Shown one piece after another: positions 51,169-63,508 of a stretch of 64,000 bases of DNA. Source of the stretch: Octopus vulgaris (lineage: Eukaryota); the NCBI GenBank assembly GCA_951406725.2, contig OX597814.1, positions 174,344,001 to 174,408,000 on the forward strand, in the 5' to 3' direction. Numbering within the stretch: the first letter of the stretch is position 1; the number at the start of each line of letters is the position of its first letter. Under the pieces are notes generated by a model. It had not been told where the DNA came from. It saw only the letters and a list, made by a program, of their open reading frames with translations, and did not search any database. Both the position numbers and the translations under genes were made by a program.

Positions 51169-51920
51169 CTAAGTGGATTCAGATTTAAATCGTCTCATGA
51201 AAGTTGAGCAGTATCTATGGTTGCACAAATGAATAGCGTCAGAAAACTTATTTAAAACAGTGGAATTATACCTGCGAAGGATAATGTATGATCCTTTTAT
51301 GCAAATTCTACATCTGCCCGTAATTGTGTTGTATGGTGGGGCCTCATCTATAATAGACCAAGATAATGAGTAATTAATTTTCTGAAATTTTAAGTCGTGC
51401 ATATATCTAGCTAGTGCTGTTGTGTTTTTATATTTTAACTTATTGAAAGAATTTAACTGTGTTCTATATCGTCTATAGTGCTTCCTATATATACTCTAGC
51501 TTGATGTTTGTTATTTGCCACACTGCAGTTATAGATTACGTTTTTACGTAAACAGAAACCAGCGAGTGGACATAATTCAGGGGCCCTGAAATTACAGGTT
51601 TTTGCATTCCTATCTATAATTTTTATTTTATTAATATTATTTGGACTTATATAGGGTAACTTACGGTGATCTATGCTTTTAGTCATTTGGAGTTGGATTT
51701 TATTTCTGTTTGTAGATGTGATAATCGAACCCAAATTAGGCATGGTAGAGTAAGATAATTTTATAGAGGGTTTAATAAATATAGGGTAATATTTATAGTG
51801 CTTAGGAAAATTTAATTTCAGAATTTTAAAGAACAGTTTTGGTAAACTTTTGACTCTGAGAGAAAATGGTGGAGGCAACCAAATAATTTCTCTTTTTCTA
51901 GATTTAGAGTGTGTTACCAC
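51169..51920 (-). pseudogene. Penelope-like element remnant: linker + GIY-YIG endonuclease, frameshifted
   Basis: REIIWLPPPFS, IKLSYSTMPN, CNF...CPLAGFCLRKNVIY...YIGST, WSIIDEAPPY, CRIC, CNH. Confidence 0.85.
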
Positions 51921-52760
51921 ATTAGAGTGTTCAGATATAGAGGGAATATATTTATTACGATTACTAAAATACCCATTATAAAATTTAGTACGGTTAACAA
52001 ATGTTTTCTTATGTGTTTGTAATCCAAGGAAGACATCGTTTTAGTCATATTAGAATTAATGTCAGATGTTAGATTAGCTAATTTGGTATTACATCTCTTT
52101 TATCCATATCTAGATTCTCAATTTTTTTTTATTAGTAATTTTTTAATACATATCTAACATAGCTTACATTAAAATATAATTAAGTATATCCCTTCGAATA
52201 ATCTTTTCTAGAAATTAATTTAGCATTATCTCCCCTACATTATTAAATATCTAACCTCATAAATAAAACTTTTTTTTTTCACCGTAATGTTTTTTCAAAA
52301 TTAATTCTAACAACAGCAAATATTTTTTCTCACTAAATTCTGTAATATTAATAACTATTCTTTCTTTTTTTTTTAGTCCTTCCTCCTAGACTTATTTCAT
52401 ACAAACGAATATAATGCTACCTAACTATAATAAATCTTTTTTCCCCATTATATTGCCCCTCAAAATTCTTTTCCGTCTTTCGAATTTCAAGTAACTTATA
52501 TAAAATCATACTAGCTACCTATACTTCTTATTCTAGAAACCTTTTTTGAAAAACCAATTTCTTTTTAATATACACCATATTTTATTTTAAACCTTTTTCA
52601 TGGTAAATCACTCATAACTGTCAAATTACATAAATTTTAAATATGGCTGTGATGTCCAATTGGAAGCTTATTTTTTTTATGTGTATACACATATGAATAT
52701 ATGCGTATGTATGCACATATTGTGTGGGTACGTGTATATGTGTGTATATATTTGTTTGTA

Positions 52761-52820
<60 letters not shown>

Positions 52821-52889
52821 GGAGTAAACACATAAATGTGAAACAAGGTGGAAAAAAGAGTACTCAAATACCAGTGGTAGAGTAATATG

Positions 52890-53064
52890 CTTTATTTAAA
52901 GCAGCAGAAAATTCAACAAAATCTGTTACTCTGAGTTTCTCGTTGCCGTTCATCAGACAGTTTTTGCTAGAATCAGACAGATTCTAGCAAAAACTGTCTG
53001 ATGAACGGCAACGAGAAACTCAGAGTAACAGATTTTGTTGAATTTTCTGCTGCTTTAAATAAAG
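52890..53064. repeat. Perfect palindrome, 85-bp arms, 5-nt loop
   Basis: Arms 52890-52974 and 52980-53064. Confidence 0.95.
52994..53031 (+). ncRNA. Minimal type I hammerhead ribozyme (mirror copy on - strand at 52923-52960)
   Basis: CUGU-CUGAUGA-ACG gcaa CGA-GAAA-CUC a GAG-UA^ACAG; first pair of stem II mismatched. Confidence 0.75.
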
Positions 53065-53103
<39 letters not shown>

Positions 53104-53571
53104 ACATATGTGTATGTATGTATATGTTTGTGTATATGTACCTGTGTGCGTGCGCACACACACACACATATATATATATATGGACTGTATTAAAAACAAG
53201 TATGGACTGTATTAAAAACACACACACACACACACCCGCACACAGAGTTTGACACATGCTTTGATTTTTGGAAAATACAACATTGAACAAAGGATATTCC
53301 AACATTTGAATGAAACCATTTCACTTTGATTTGTGGAACCAATTGCTCTTGTATGATAAAACTTAATATCTATTTAATCAGTGAGATATTAGACTTAATC
53401 AGTTGAAGATCAGACAACAGACTCAGTAGTTGTCCGTTTGTATTCTGTCATTTATAACCTCAACACAGGAGAGTCTCTCTTTTTCAAATATGGACTTTAT
53501 GAAATTTTACTCATCATACATTGAAGGACAAATCTTTCAATTTACAATTTAATATAGTAGAACATTTAATA

Positions 53572-53629
<58 letters not shown>

Positions 53630-53819
53630 ATATTACCTGTTATATACATTATATTATTTTTGTAATTTACTTAATCTTTACTTTTTAATTGTCATTTTAA
53701 TTTTAACTTTTCTATGGTATGCAATTTTCTAGATGGTGTAACTTAATTGTTCATTTTGAATTGATAAAAAGTGTATGTTTTCCTAATATTTTATGTATAA
53801 GCATGTATATATATATATT

Positions 53820-55265
53820 AGACCAAAGTTATAGTAAGCAGAAAGGCGAACTCAGCACACACACCCTCGGGCAGGTGACCCTGCTCGATCTGTAGGAAAG
53901 GTGTAGGTAGAAACTCCATAAGATGCACCCAATGTAAGCTATGGATGCATAAGAGGTGCAGCAACATTAAAGGGAAATTAACTGATAAGATAGCTTTCAT
54001 ATGCAGCAGATGCACAGGGACAATAGACACCACAGACACACAGAAAACAGATTCCATCTCACTCCAGGGGAAGAAACTAAAAGTAGTTGACAGTTTCCGC
54101 TACCTGGGTGACCAAGTTAGTAGTGGAGGTGGATGCTCAGAGAGAATCACCACTAGAATACGAATAGCCTGGGCAAAGTTCAGAAAGCTCCTACCCCTAC
54201 TGGCGACAAAGGGCCTCTCGCTCAGAGTGAAAGGTAGATTGTATGATGCATGTGGGCGAACTGCCATGCTTCACGGTAGTGAAACATGGGCTGTGACTGC
54301 AGAGGACATGCGTATACTTGAAAGAAATGAAGCTAGCATGATCCGCTGGATGTGTAATGTCAGTGTGCACGCACGACAGAGTGTAAGCACCTTGAGAGAA
54401 ATGCTGGACATAAGAAGCATCAGATGTGGTGTGCAAGAGCGACGCTTGCGATGGTATGGTCATGTACTGCGGATGGATGAGGAGAGATGTGTGAAGAAGT
54501 GCCACTCCAAAACAGTTGACGGTATCAGGGGGAGAGGTAGACCCAGGAAGACATGAGATGAGGTAGTCAAGCATGACCTCAGAGCGTTGGGCCTCACTGA
54601 GGCAATGGCGAAGGACAGAGATCTCTGGAGATGTGCTGTGACTGCAAAGACCCGGGCTGCTTCATGCACCAGTTTCGCATAGCCCCTGCCCATACAAAGT
54701 ACCCTGGATCCCAGAACGTCCCACTGTGCTTGAGGAGACCTGTTGAGTCAAGTACATGAAGATGAACATCGAAATAAATATCAATGGAAATAGTAGTTGT
54801 GATACCTTTGCCGGTGACACATAGAAAGCACCATCCGAACGTGGCCGTGGCCAGCACCGACTCGACTGGCTTCTGTGCCGGTGGCACGTAAAGAGTACCA
54901 TCCAAGCGTGGCCGATGCCAGCGCCGCCCCGACTGGCTCTTGTGCCGGTGGCACATGAAAAGCACTCTCCGAACGTGGCCGTTGCCAGCGCCACCTTGGC
55001 TGGCTTCCGTGCCGGTGGCACATTGAAAGCTCCAACCGATTATGACCGATGCCGGACCCCCCCTGGCACCTGTGCAGGTGGCACGTAAAAAGCACCCACT
55101 ACACTCGCGGAGTGGTTGGCGTTAGGAAGGGCATCCAGCTGTAGAAACTCTGCCAGATCAGACTGGAGCCTGGTGCAGCCCCTGGCTTCCCAGACCCTGG
55201 TCGAACCGTCCAACCCGTGCTAGCGCGGAAAACGGACGTTAAACGATGATGATGATGATGATGAT
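53820..55265 (+). mobile_element. 5'-truncated RTE LINE, sister subfamily, with premature stops
   Basis: Homology from the KTK/PHD region to the C-terminus; Trp codons changed to TGA; GAT tail. Confidence 0.9.
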
Positions 55266-55544
55266 ATATATATATGATTTGTAATATATTTTATTCCTTA
55301 TGATAAATGCTTTATATGGTATGTATTTCACTATATTAATTATCCTCATATTGAGAGAATGTTTCTTAAACCTTTTTCACTTATATTTCAAATATCCACT
55401 TTTTCACTTATGTTTCAAAATACTTACAATAGTAAGCTACAAATTTAATATGAATTATCTTATTAAAAATCTAACTTTGGTTCCCACCAAAGTAAAAGGA
55501 TGAAATTGAACTCAACCTTTCTCATGTGTATATATATATATGTT

Positions 55545-56268
55545 GGCCAGGCGAGACTGGCAACGGACACGAACGGATGGTGCTTTTACGTGTCACCGGC
55601 ACGAGGGCCAGGCCAAGCTGGCAGCGGACATGAATGGATGGCATGTAAAAGCACCATCCGTTCGTGTCCGCTGCCAGCCTCGGCTGGCCCCGTGCCGGTG
55701 GCACGTAAAAGCACCATCCATTCATGTCCGTCGCCAGCCTCGCCTGGCCCCCGTGCAGGTGGCACGTAAAAGCACCATCCGTTCATGGCCGTTTGCCAGC
55801 TCTGTCTGGTACCTGTGCAGGTGGCACGTAAAAAGCACCCACTACACTCACGGAGTGGTTGGCGTTAGGAAGGGCATCCAGCCGTAGAAACACTGCCAGA
55901 TCTGACTGGGCCTGATGAAGCCTTCCGGCTTCACAGACCCCAGTTGAACCGTCCAACCCATGCTAGCATGGAAAACGGGCGCTAAATGATGATGATGATG
56001 ATGATCATCATCATCATCATCTATATCATCATCATCATCATCATCGTTTAACATCCGCTTTCCATGTGCTGGCATGGGTTGGACAGTTTGACTGAGGGCT
56101 GGCAAGCAAGAAGGCTGCACCAGGCTCCAATCCGAATATGGCAAAGTTTCTACAGCTGGATGGCCTTCCTAATGCTAGCAACTCTGAGAGTGTATTGGTG
56201 CTTTTTACGTGCCACCTGCACAGGACTAGTCAGGTGCCACTGGCAAGGATCACACTCGAATGGTGCTT
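55545..56268. mobile_element. Two RTE 3'-UTR fragments joined tail to tail (+ 55545-56004, - ~56025-56268)
   Basis: (GAT)n directly followed by (CAT)n. Confidence 0.75.
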
Positions 56269-56334
56269 TATAATTATATGAATATATATATATATATATG
56301 AACATAAATATAGCAATAATAATTCTCTAAAAGG

Positions 56335-56386
<52 letters not shown>

Positions 56387-56550
56387 TATATATATAAGAG
56401 ATAATGGTATCATTGAAACCCAAAGGTGTCAGGTAATGCTGAATAAGTGCTATAGACAGACCATAGTTAAGTTCCAGATTCAGTAATATTGCGAATAAAA
56501 GGTTCAACGTTGGTTCTATGTCAGCGTGTGTATATAAGAATTTTTTGCGT

Positions 56551-56670
56551 AATAAGATAAAAAACCAAGGCTGTGTGGATATTAGAGCATTTATAGATAG
56601 AAGGTCTTACAGCTTACCTTCTATCTATAAATGCTTTAATATCTACACAGACTTGGTTTTTTTATCTTAT
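56551..56670. repeat. Inverted repeat, ~55-bp arms, loop CTTACAGCTT
   Basis: GCATTTATAGATAGAAGGT / ACCTTCTATCTATAAATGC. Confidence 0.85.
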
Positions 56671-56698
56671 CACACAAAAAATTCTTATATATTTTCTG

Positions 56699-56746
<48 letters not shown>

Positions 56747-57063
56747 CAGAAAAGAATAGCATACATGGTCAGATGGAATCTGTGCTGGCCCTCATTCATC
56801 AACTTAGCAGTCAATTCAATCATCAGGTGTTTGTCAGACCTCATCACATTTTCGGCCCTTAAACACAACCATTCTGTCCACTGGGCCCAGCCTGCCTGGG
56901 GTTTGGTGCCTTCTCAGTCAGACTGTATTGTTGACTGCTCTCTTCAAGGTGGTCACTATTCATGCCGATGCTCTTTCTGTAGCTTCTTGCAATTTTTATA
57001 CGGCTTCTCTCTGCTCCTTTCCACTCAGACTAAGTTCGCCCACAAACCGACACATAGACATCC

Positions 57064-57100
<37 letters not shown>

Positions 57101-57315
57101 ACACATATATAAATCCAATTAGTGGTTAAATTAGCCTCATTAAGGGATGATATCATCCAATGAATTACTGGTTCAATACCTAATATTTGTTGTGAATAAT
57201 AATATTCATAAAACAGTAGGTTTATATATAAATCATGGTTTATAATCGTTCAAAAGAGAGTAAGAAAATGGAAATGTAGCATTTAACAAAAATTTATCTG
57301 CAAAAATCAAACACA

Positions 57316-57400
57316 GTTCTTACAGCTGTTTCAATTGAGCCTAAATGATTAAATAGCAATTATTTAAATCATTATATTAGGCAAAATCTCTTCAAAGGGA
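57316..57400 (-). ncRNA. Degenerate hammerhead ribozyme
   Basis: - strand: (U)UGAAGAG, long stem II (GCCUAA/UUAGGC), GAAA-CAGCUG-UA^AGAA; C3 and stem I decayed. Confidence 0.5.
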
Positions 57401-57466
57401 TAGAAAAAAGATATACCGTTAGGTTTTTTTATGCCTTGTATTTTAGAATCATCACAGCAGAGTCCA

Positions 57467-57865
57467 CCATGTTGTTATATGCCTGTATGGTTAAGGAATG
57501 AAAACATTGATACAATTTTCTGTTATTATTATCTTTCCATAAGAATTACAAGCATTTGTAAATATAGACAAATAACCACTGATAAGAAAAAAAAATGGAG
57601 AAGAAAAGGAAAAATGCACATATATGTTTCCCTTTCTCTTCCTAGTACAATTCCTTTGTCTTAAACTTAATGTAATTCAATCCATCCCAGTCCATCCATT
57701 CACTTCCCCTACAAAATTTTTTTTTCGTTTTTCTTTTTCTTTTCTTGTCAACAGTTATTTGTCTATATTTAAAAATGTTTGCAATTCCTATTATGGAAAG
57801 ATAATAGTAACTGAAAATTGTGACAATGTTTTCATTCCCTAACCAGGCAGGCATATAACAACATG
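57467..57865. repeat. Diverged inverted repeat, ~140-bp arms with ~100-bp spacer
   Basis: CCATGTTGTTATATGCCTG...AAATATAGACAAATAAC mirrored at about 57720-57865. Confidence 0.85.
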
Positions 57866-57989
57866 GCAGCCTAACTCAAGATCTTTAGCGAGACATAACT
57901 TCATGTATAGATGCACCTGATGAGACCCAGACTGCAAAATGGATGCAACACAACATGTTGAACAGAGCAGCACCCTAAGGGACAGTAGC

Positions 57990-59048
57990 AGGATAGGTCG
58001 AAATGACTATTGCAGAAAATATACATTAATACCAAATCCATCTTCTGCTTAAGTATTTCGATGTATTTTTCAGTGTTTATGGTTCCAACACATTCGATCA
58101 TTCGATGACCATTGCTGGTGACAGCTCCCCATACCATTACAGAGATACCTATTTCCTTATTACCCATAAGGGGCTAAACACAGAGGGGACAAACAAGGAC
58201 AGACATAGGTATTAAGTCGATTACATCGACCCCAGTGCATAACTGGTACTTAATTTATCGACCCCGAAAGGATGAAAGGCAAAGTCGACCTCGGCGGAAT
58301 TCGAACTCACAACGTAACGCAGATGAAATACATTACAGAGATACCACCATGTTTCACAGTTGGTTGGAGTCATTTCAAATTAAAGTCTTGATTGGGAAGC
58401 CTCCAGACCCAAACACGTCCACTGTCTGAAAATAATGCAAATCTGGATTCATCTGAGAAAATTACTCTATCCCAAAATGTACTGGATTTTTCTGACATCT
58501 CCTAAGCCGATTTATTTCTTTTCATGATATTAATTGGTTGAAGGAGAGGTTTTCTTCTAGCTGCTTGTCCATAACACCCAAGCTTATGCAGATATGTAAC
58601 ACATGTTCTTGGACTAACTTCTAGCTGTTTTGCAATGTCAGAAGCCTTCGAATGGGGTTCATTTTCCACAATTCTCTTCAAACAGCGAAGCTTTCTTTCT
58701 GAGGGCCCAGGTCAGCCAGAATGAGAAGCTGTTGATTCTTTTTCTTGGCTTTGAATTGCACTATAATTCTTTTAACAGTAGTAAGAGGAATTTGAAGATT
58801 TTTGGCAATTTTTTGCTGGCTAAGAGCAGCTTCAGTTAACCCAACAGTATGACCTCTTTGAAAATCTGACAGTTCTGCTGAATTTTTTTGCATGTGACAT
58901 GGTTATTCTTCATGAATGTTTAATAAAATGGCACCTGGAATAAAAAAGAATAATTACATTGTAAATTCTACACCGCTGAAAACATATTAAAATGCTTAGA
59001 TCAGAAATTTTGAAAATTAAAGGTGTCTATTTACTTCCTGCATGCCTG
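57990..59048 (-). mobile_element. Degenerate Tc1-like transposon, 3' part missing, interrupted by a SINE
   Basis: ELSDFQRGHTVG N-terminus, FSDES motif, SVMVWGAV...INTEKYIEIL. Confidence 0.8.
58150..58330 (-). mobile_element. 5'-truncated family B SINE inserted in a Tc1 fossil, 15-bp TSD
   Basis: CATTACAGAGATACC at 58135-58149 and 58331-58345. Confidence 0.85.
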
Positions 59049-59069
59049 TGTATATATATATATATATAT

Positions 59070-59235
59070 AGGCACAGGTGTGGCTGTGTGGTAAGAAGCT
59101 TGCTTCCCAACCACACGATTCCAGGTTCAGTCCCACTGCGTGGCACTTTGGGCAAGTGTCTTTTACTATAGCCTCGGGCCGAACAAAGGCTTGAGTGGAT
59201 TGGTAGCCAGAAACTGAAAGAGGCCGATCATATAT
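59070..59235 (+). mobile_element. SINE family A, head only
   Basis: Homology to the first ~160 nt of 7270-7675. Confidence 0.7.
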
Positions 59236-59418
59236 ATACGTATACAAATATATAAAGCACCTACTACACTCTCGGACTGGTTGGCGTTAGGAAGGGGATC
59301 TAGCTGTTGAAACTTTGCCAGATCAGATTGGAGGCTGGTGCAGCCATCTGGTTTGCTAGACCTCAATCAAATCGTCCAACCCATGCTAGCATGGAAAGCG
59401 GACATTAAGCGATGATGA

Positions 59419-59448
<30 letters not shown>

Positions 59449-59454
<6 letters not shown>

Positions 59455-59626
59455 AACAGAAAAGGGAGGAATATTGATCAACAACAATTAGCTTACATCA
59501 GTTATTATTTTTTAATTTTATACAAATAGACTGATGGGATACAGTCTATTTGTATTGAATTGAAAAATAATAAGTGATGTAAGTCAATTGTTGTTGATCA
59601 ATATTTCTCCATTTTCTGTCTACTTT
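59449..59626. repeat. Inverted repeat, ~85-bp arms, 8-nt loop
   Basis: ATATTGATCAACAACAATT...TACAAATAGACTG / CAGTCTATTTGTA...AATTGTTGTTGATCAATAT. Confidence 0.85.
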
Positions 59627-59923
59627 AAATTTGATTCCTGATAAACTCATGTTTATCTTTGTCATTACCTGTAATCTATGAGCATAATATGCTTGCATAT
59701 ATATGTTAATTATACCTGTAATTATACCTGTAGTATAATGAATACTTTTATGCCTTAGACACTTATTCCAACCTCTAACTCTACTAACCTTACATATATA
59801 TATATATATATATATAAAAATTCAGGGTGAGTACTTGATAATTGTAAGCACCTGTATATACCGTTTGGTGGTGTAGGTGGTGGAGTAAATTAATCAAAAT
59901 AAAAACATGATGCCAAGGATTCA

Positions 59924-60002
59924 GCGGTACATATGTTTCGGGCCTTTATTAGACAGATTTATAACAATGCATAATGTGTGTCTATGGCCTTCTTCAGCCA
60001 CG
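59924..60002 (-). ncRNA. Type I hammerhead ribozyme
   Basis: - strand: GUGG-CUGAAGA-aGGCC...GGCCc-GAAA-CAUAUG-UA^CCGC; stem I GUGG/CCGC; palindromic stem III; GUA triplet. Confidence 0.8.
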
Positions 60003-61187
60003 CACAATTACTACCTCAAGGACATGTATTACATCAAAAATTCTACGTTGGGGATGCAAATCCTCTCATTCGCGTACGACATAATGCGGCAACAGCATAA
60101 AAATGAAGCGTCCATCTCGTCCTTCTCTCAATGTAGAATGCGGAAGTTTGGATGTTGAGGTAATATAAATAAATGAATAAATAAATTTATACATATATAA
60201 ATACAGACAGACGTGAAGGAACCTGGTAATAAGAGTAAATAGGGATAAAGATGGAGGGGCGAGAATTCAGGACGAAGGTTAAAAAAATATAAAAATGTGA
60301 AAAATAAGAATATAAGTATAGAAAAATATAAAAATATAGAGTATAAAGATATAAAGAGATATAAAAAAATATAAATGTGTATAAAGATATAAAGTTATAA
60401 AAAAATATTAAAAAATTATCAGAAATATAAGAATATAGAAATGTAAAAGAATATAAGGATAAAGGATATAAAGTTGTTACAGACCAACATGGTGGTCAGG
60501 AAAATGACAAATTTTGGTTGTAGAAGCCGTGGGTGTCATAAATCAACCGGGGCGTCTGGGGACCTAGTGTATTGTAAATTAGAGTTGTTTGGTTAAACTG
60601 CTTATCTAGTTCATCGTAACGTATCAGGTGGTCATCATGTACATACATACACGCATGGATACATACACCCGTATACACGCGTACATATACGCACGCATAC
60701 GCAACTATACGCATACAAGCATACATACGTACTCTCGTGTAAACATATATAGATATATATGGAAAAAGGCGCATGTAGTTGGGTACACGAACCGACGCGC
60801 ATACATACATATATACATACACGCACATGCGTTCATATAGGCACACTCGCAGCTACATGCATGTACAAGACGAAGTGAATCTCTATGCGTGTGGGCAGAA
60901 ATATGTATACACCTGCACTCACGCCCACACCCACGCACATGGGGGAGTAGATCCCTATGCCTATACGCAAAAGTATGTATATGCACAGACACAGGTATAA
61001 CAAAACGATTCATTCTCGCACACGGGCAAGATACGGAATTATAGTGGGTACAGAAGGTAGACATGAACGTAAGAAACTTGCGGGCAAGAAATTATAACAG
61101 AATATACATATATATACACGGACAATATACATATACATATATATACACACACACACACACATACGCATATATATATACACACATATA

Positions 61188-61249
<62 letters not shown>

Positions 61250-62061
61250 TATGCACATATATACATACACACACACATACCCGCACACGCACATATATAT
61301 GTGCATACATACACACACATGTGTACATACATATACGCATATATACATACACACGTATCCGCACGCACACAATCACACATCTGTGTGTCTATATGTGCAT
61401 GTACACATACACTTACATACACAGACACACACACACATATAGGTATAGATATAAGATATTAAAAGATGTATAAAAAAATATATAAAAAATATACAAAAGC
61501 ATGTAAAAAAATTATTAAAAAAGTATAACAAGGGGGTACACATATAAACACAGATACTTATCATACATACGCATACACATATATACATATACATACATAC
61601 ATACACAGACACACGTATAAGCATAAAGCGGATACATAGATAAGTTAATAAGGAAAAAAGAGCTAAAAATAGACATATATAGAGATATAAAGTGATAGAA
61701 TAGGGGTAAAAGTAGATGTAAGAATAAGGGTAAAAATAAGAATTAGAAATTAAAAAAATAAATAAAAAATAAAATAAAAAATAAAAATAAAATGAAGTAA
61801 AATAAAATAAAATAAAAAGGTAATCGGGTAAAGGTTAACATGAAATGAAGGTAAAAATAAAGGGTGATTGAAAATGTAAAGTTATAGGTGTGTATTAAAG
61901 GTGACCACGTAGGGGCGGGGAGGGGAACTGAAAATTGGAAGGGTGGTGTACGCTCAACATCAGAGCTAGAAATGGAAAAAGGTATAGATATAGGGAAACA
62001 AAATATCTAGATAGGAAGAAGGTAGGTGTAGAAAAAGAAATATATAGGAAAAAAATATATG

Positions 62062-62516
62062 CACGACCGGGAAATGCAGTGCACTGCAACTGCATAAGTG
62101 CATCCGAGTGTCCGCTACGTGGTGGATGTCGGGCCAAAAACGTAATCTATTCATGTGAGGTGAGTACCCAGTTTAACACACTCACCTACATAGGTTGCTC
62201 GACCTCCTGGAAATCCAGATACTACAACCACCGGTCCTCGTTTAAGCATAGACATAAAGCTAGCAGCACCTCCCTTTCTAAGAAAATTTGGGAATTAAAA
62301 GACAAAAGCATAGATTTCAAACTCAGGTGGTCCATCATCGGATCAGCTGCACCTTATTTAAATAATAGAGCAGGATGCCAGCTATGTTGTGTAGAACTCC
62401 TGAATATCTTGAAATTCAAGGAGAAACACAATCTTATTAACAAAAGGTCAGAGTTCAAGCCATACACAAACTTATCAATACTTTCAAATACTACAAAGCT
62501 TAGGCTGTTATACTAA
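62062..62516 (+). pseudogene. 5'-truncated Penelope-like GIY-YIG endonuclease fragment
   Basis: CNC...CPLRGGCRAKNVIY...YIGCS..WKSRYYNHRSSF...STSLSKKIW...WSII...CQLC...LINKRSE. Confidence 0.9.
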
Positions 62517-63444
62517 CTCCCCCATGCAATTTCCTCCCACCCAAGTGCAACTTGTCGGCTCCAGCGCATCCCGTTTTTTTTTCCTATATATATATATTTT
62601 TTCTTTCCTATATATACATATTTTGTCTCCCATATATTTTTTTTCCTATATATTTCTTTTCCTACACCTACCTTCTTCCTATCTAGATATTTTGTTTCCC
62701 TATATCTATACCTTTTTCCATTTCTAGCTCTGATGTTGAGTGCACACCACCAAACCCCGCTTCCCACCCTTCCAATTTTCAGTCCCCCCCCGCCCCTACG
62801 TGGTCACCTTTAACACACACCTATAACTTTACATTTTCAACCACCCTTTATTTTTACCTTCATTTCATGTTAACCTTTACCCGATTACCTTTTTATTTTA
62901 TTTTATTTTATTTTATTTTATTTTTATTTTTTATTTTATTTTTTATTTTTATTTCTAATTCTTATTTTTACCCTTATTCTTACTTCTACTTTTACCCCTA
63001 TTCTATCACTTTATATCTCTATATATGTCTATTTTTAGCTCTTTTTTCCTTATTTACTTATCTATGTATCCGCTTTATGCTTATACGTGTGTCTGTGTAT
63101 GTATGTATATGTATATATGTGTATGCGTATGTATGAGTAAGTATCTGTGTTTATAGGTGTACCCCCTTGTTATATTTTTTTAATAATTCTTTTACATGCT
63201 TTTGTATATTTTTTATATATTTTTTTATACATCTTTTAATATCTTATATCTATACCTATATGTGTGTGTGTCTGTGTATGTAAGTGTATGTGTACACGCA
63301 CATATAGACACACAGATGTGTGATTGTGTGCGTGTGGATACGTGTGCGTGGGTCCGTGTGTATATATATATGCGTATATGTATGTAGACGTGTGTGTGTA
63401 TGTATGCACATATATATGTGCGTGTGTGTATGTGTGTGTATGTA

Positions 63445-63508
<64 letters not shown>

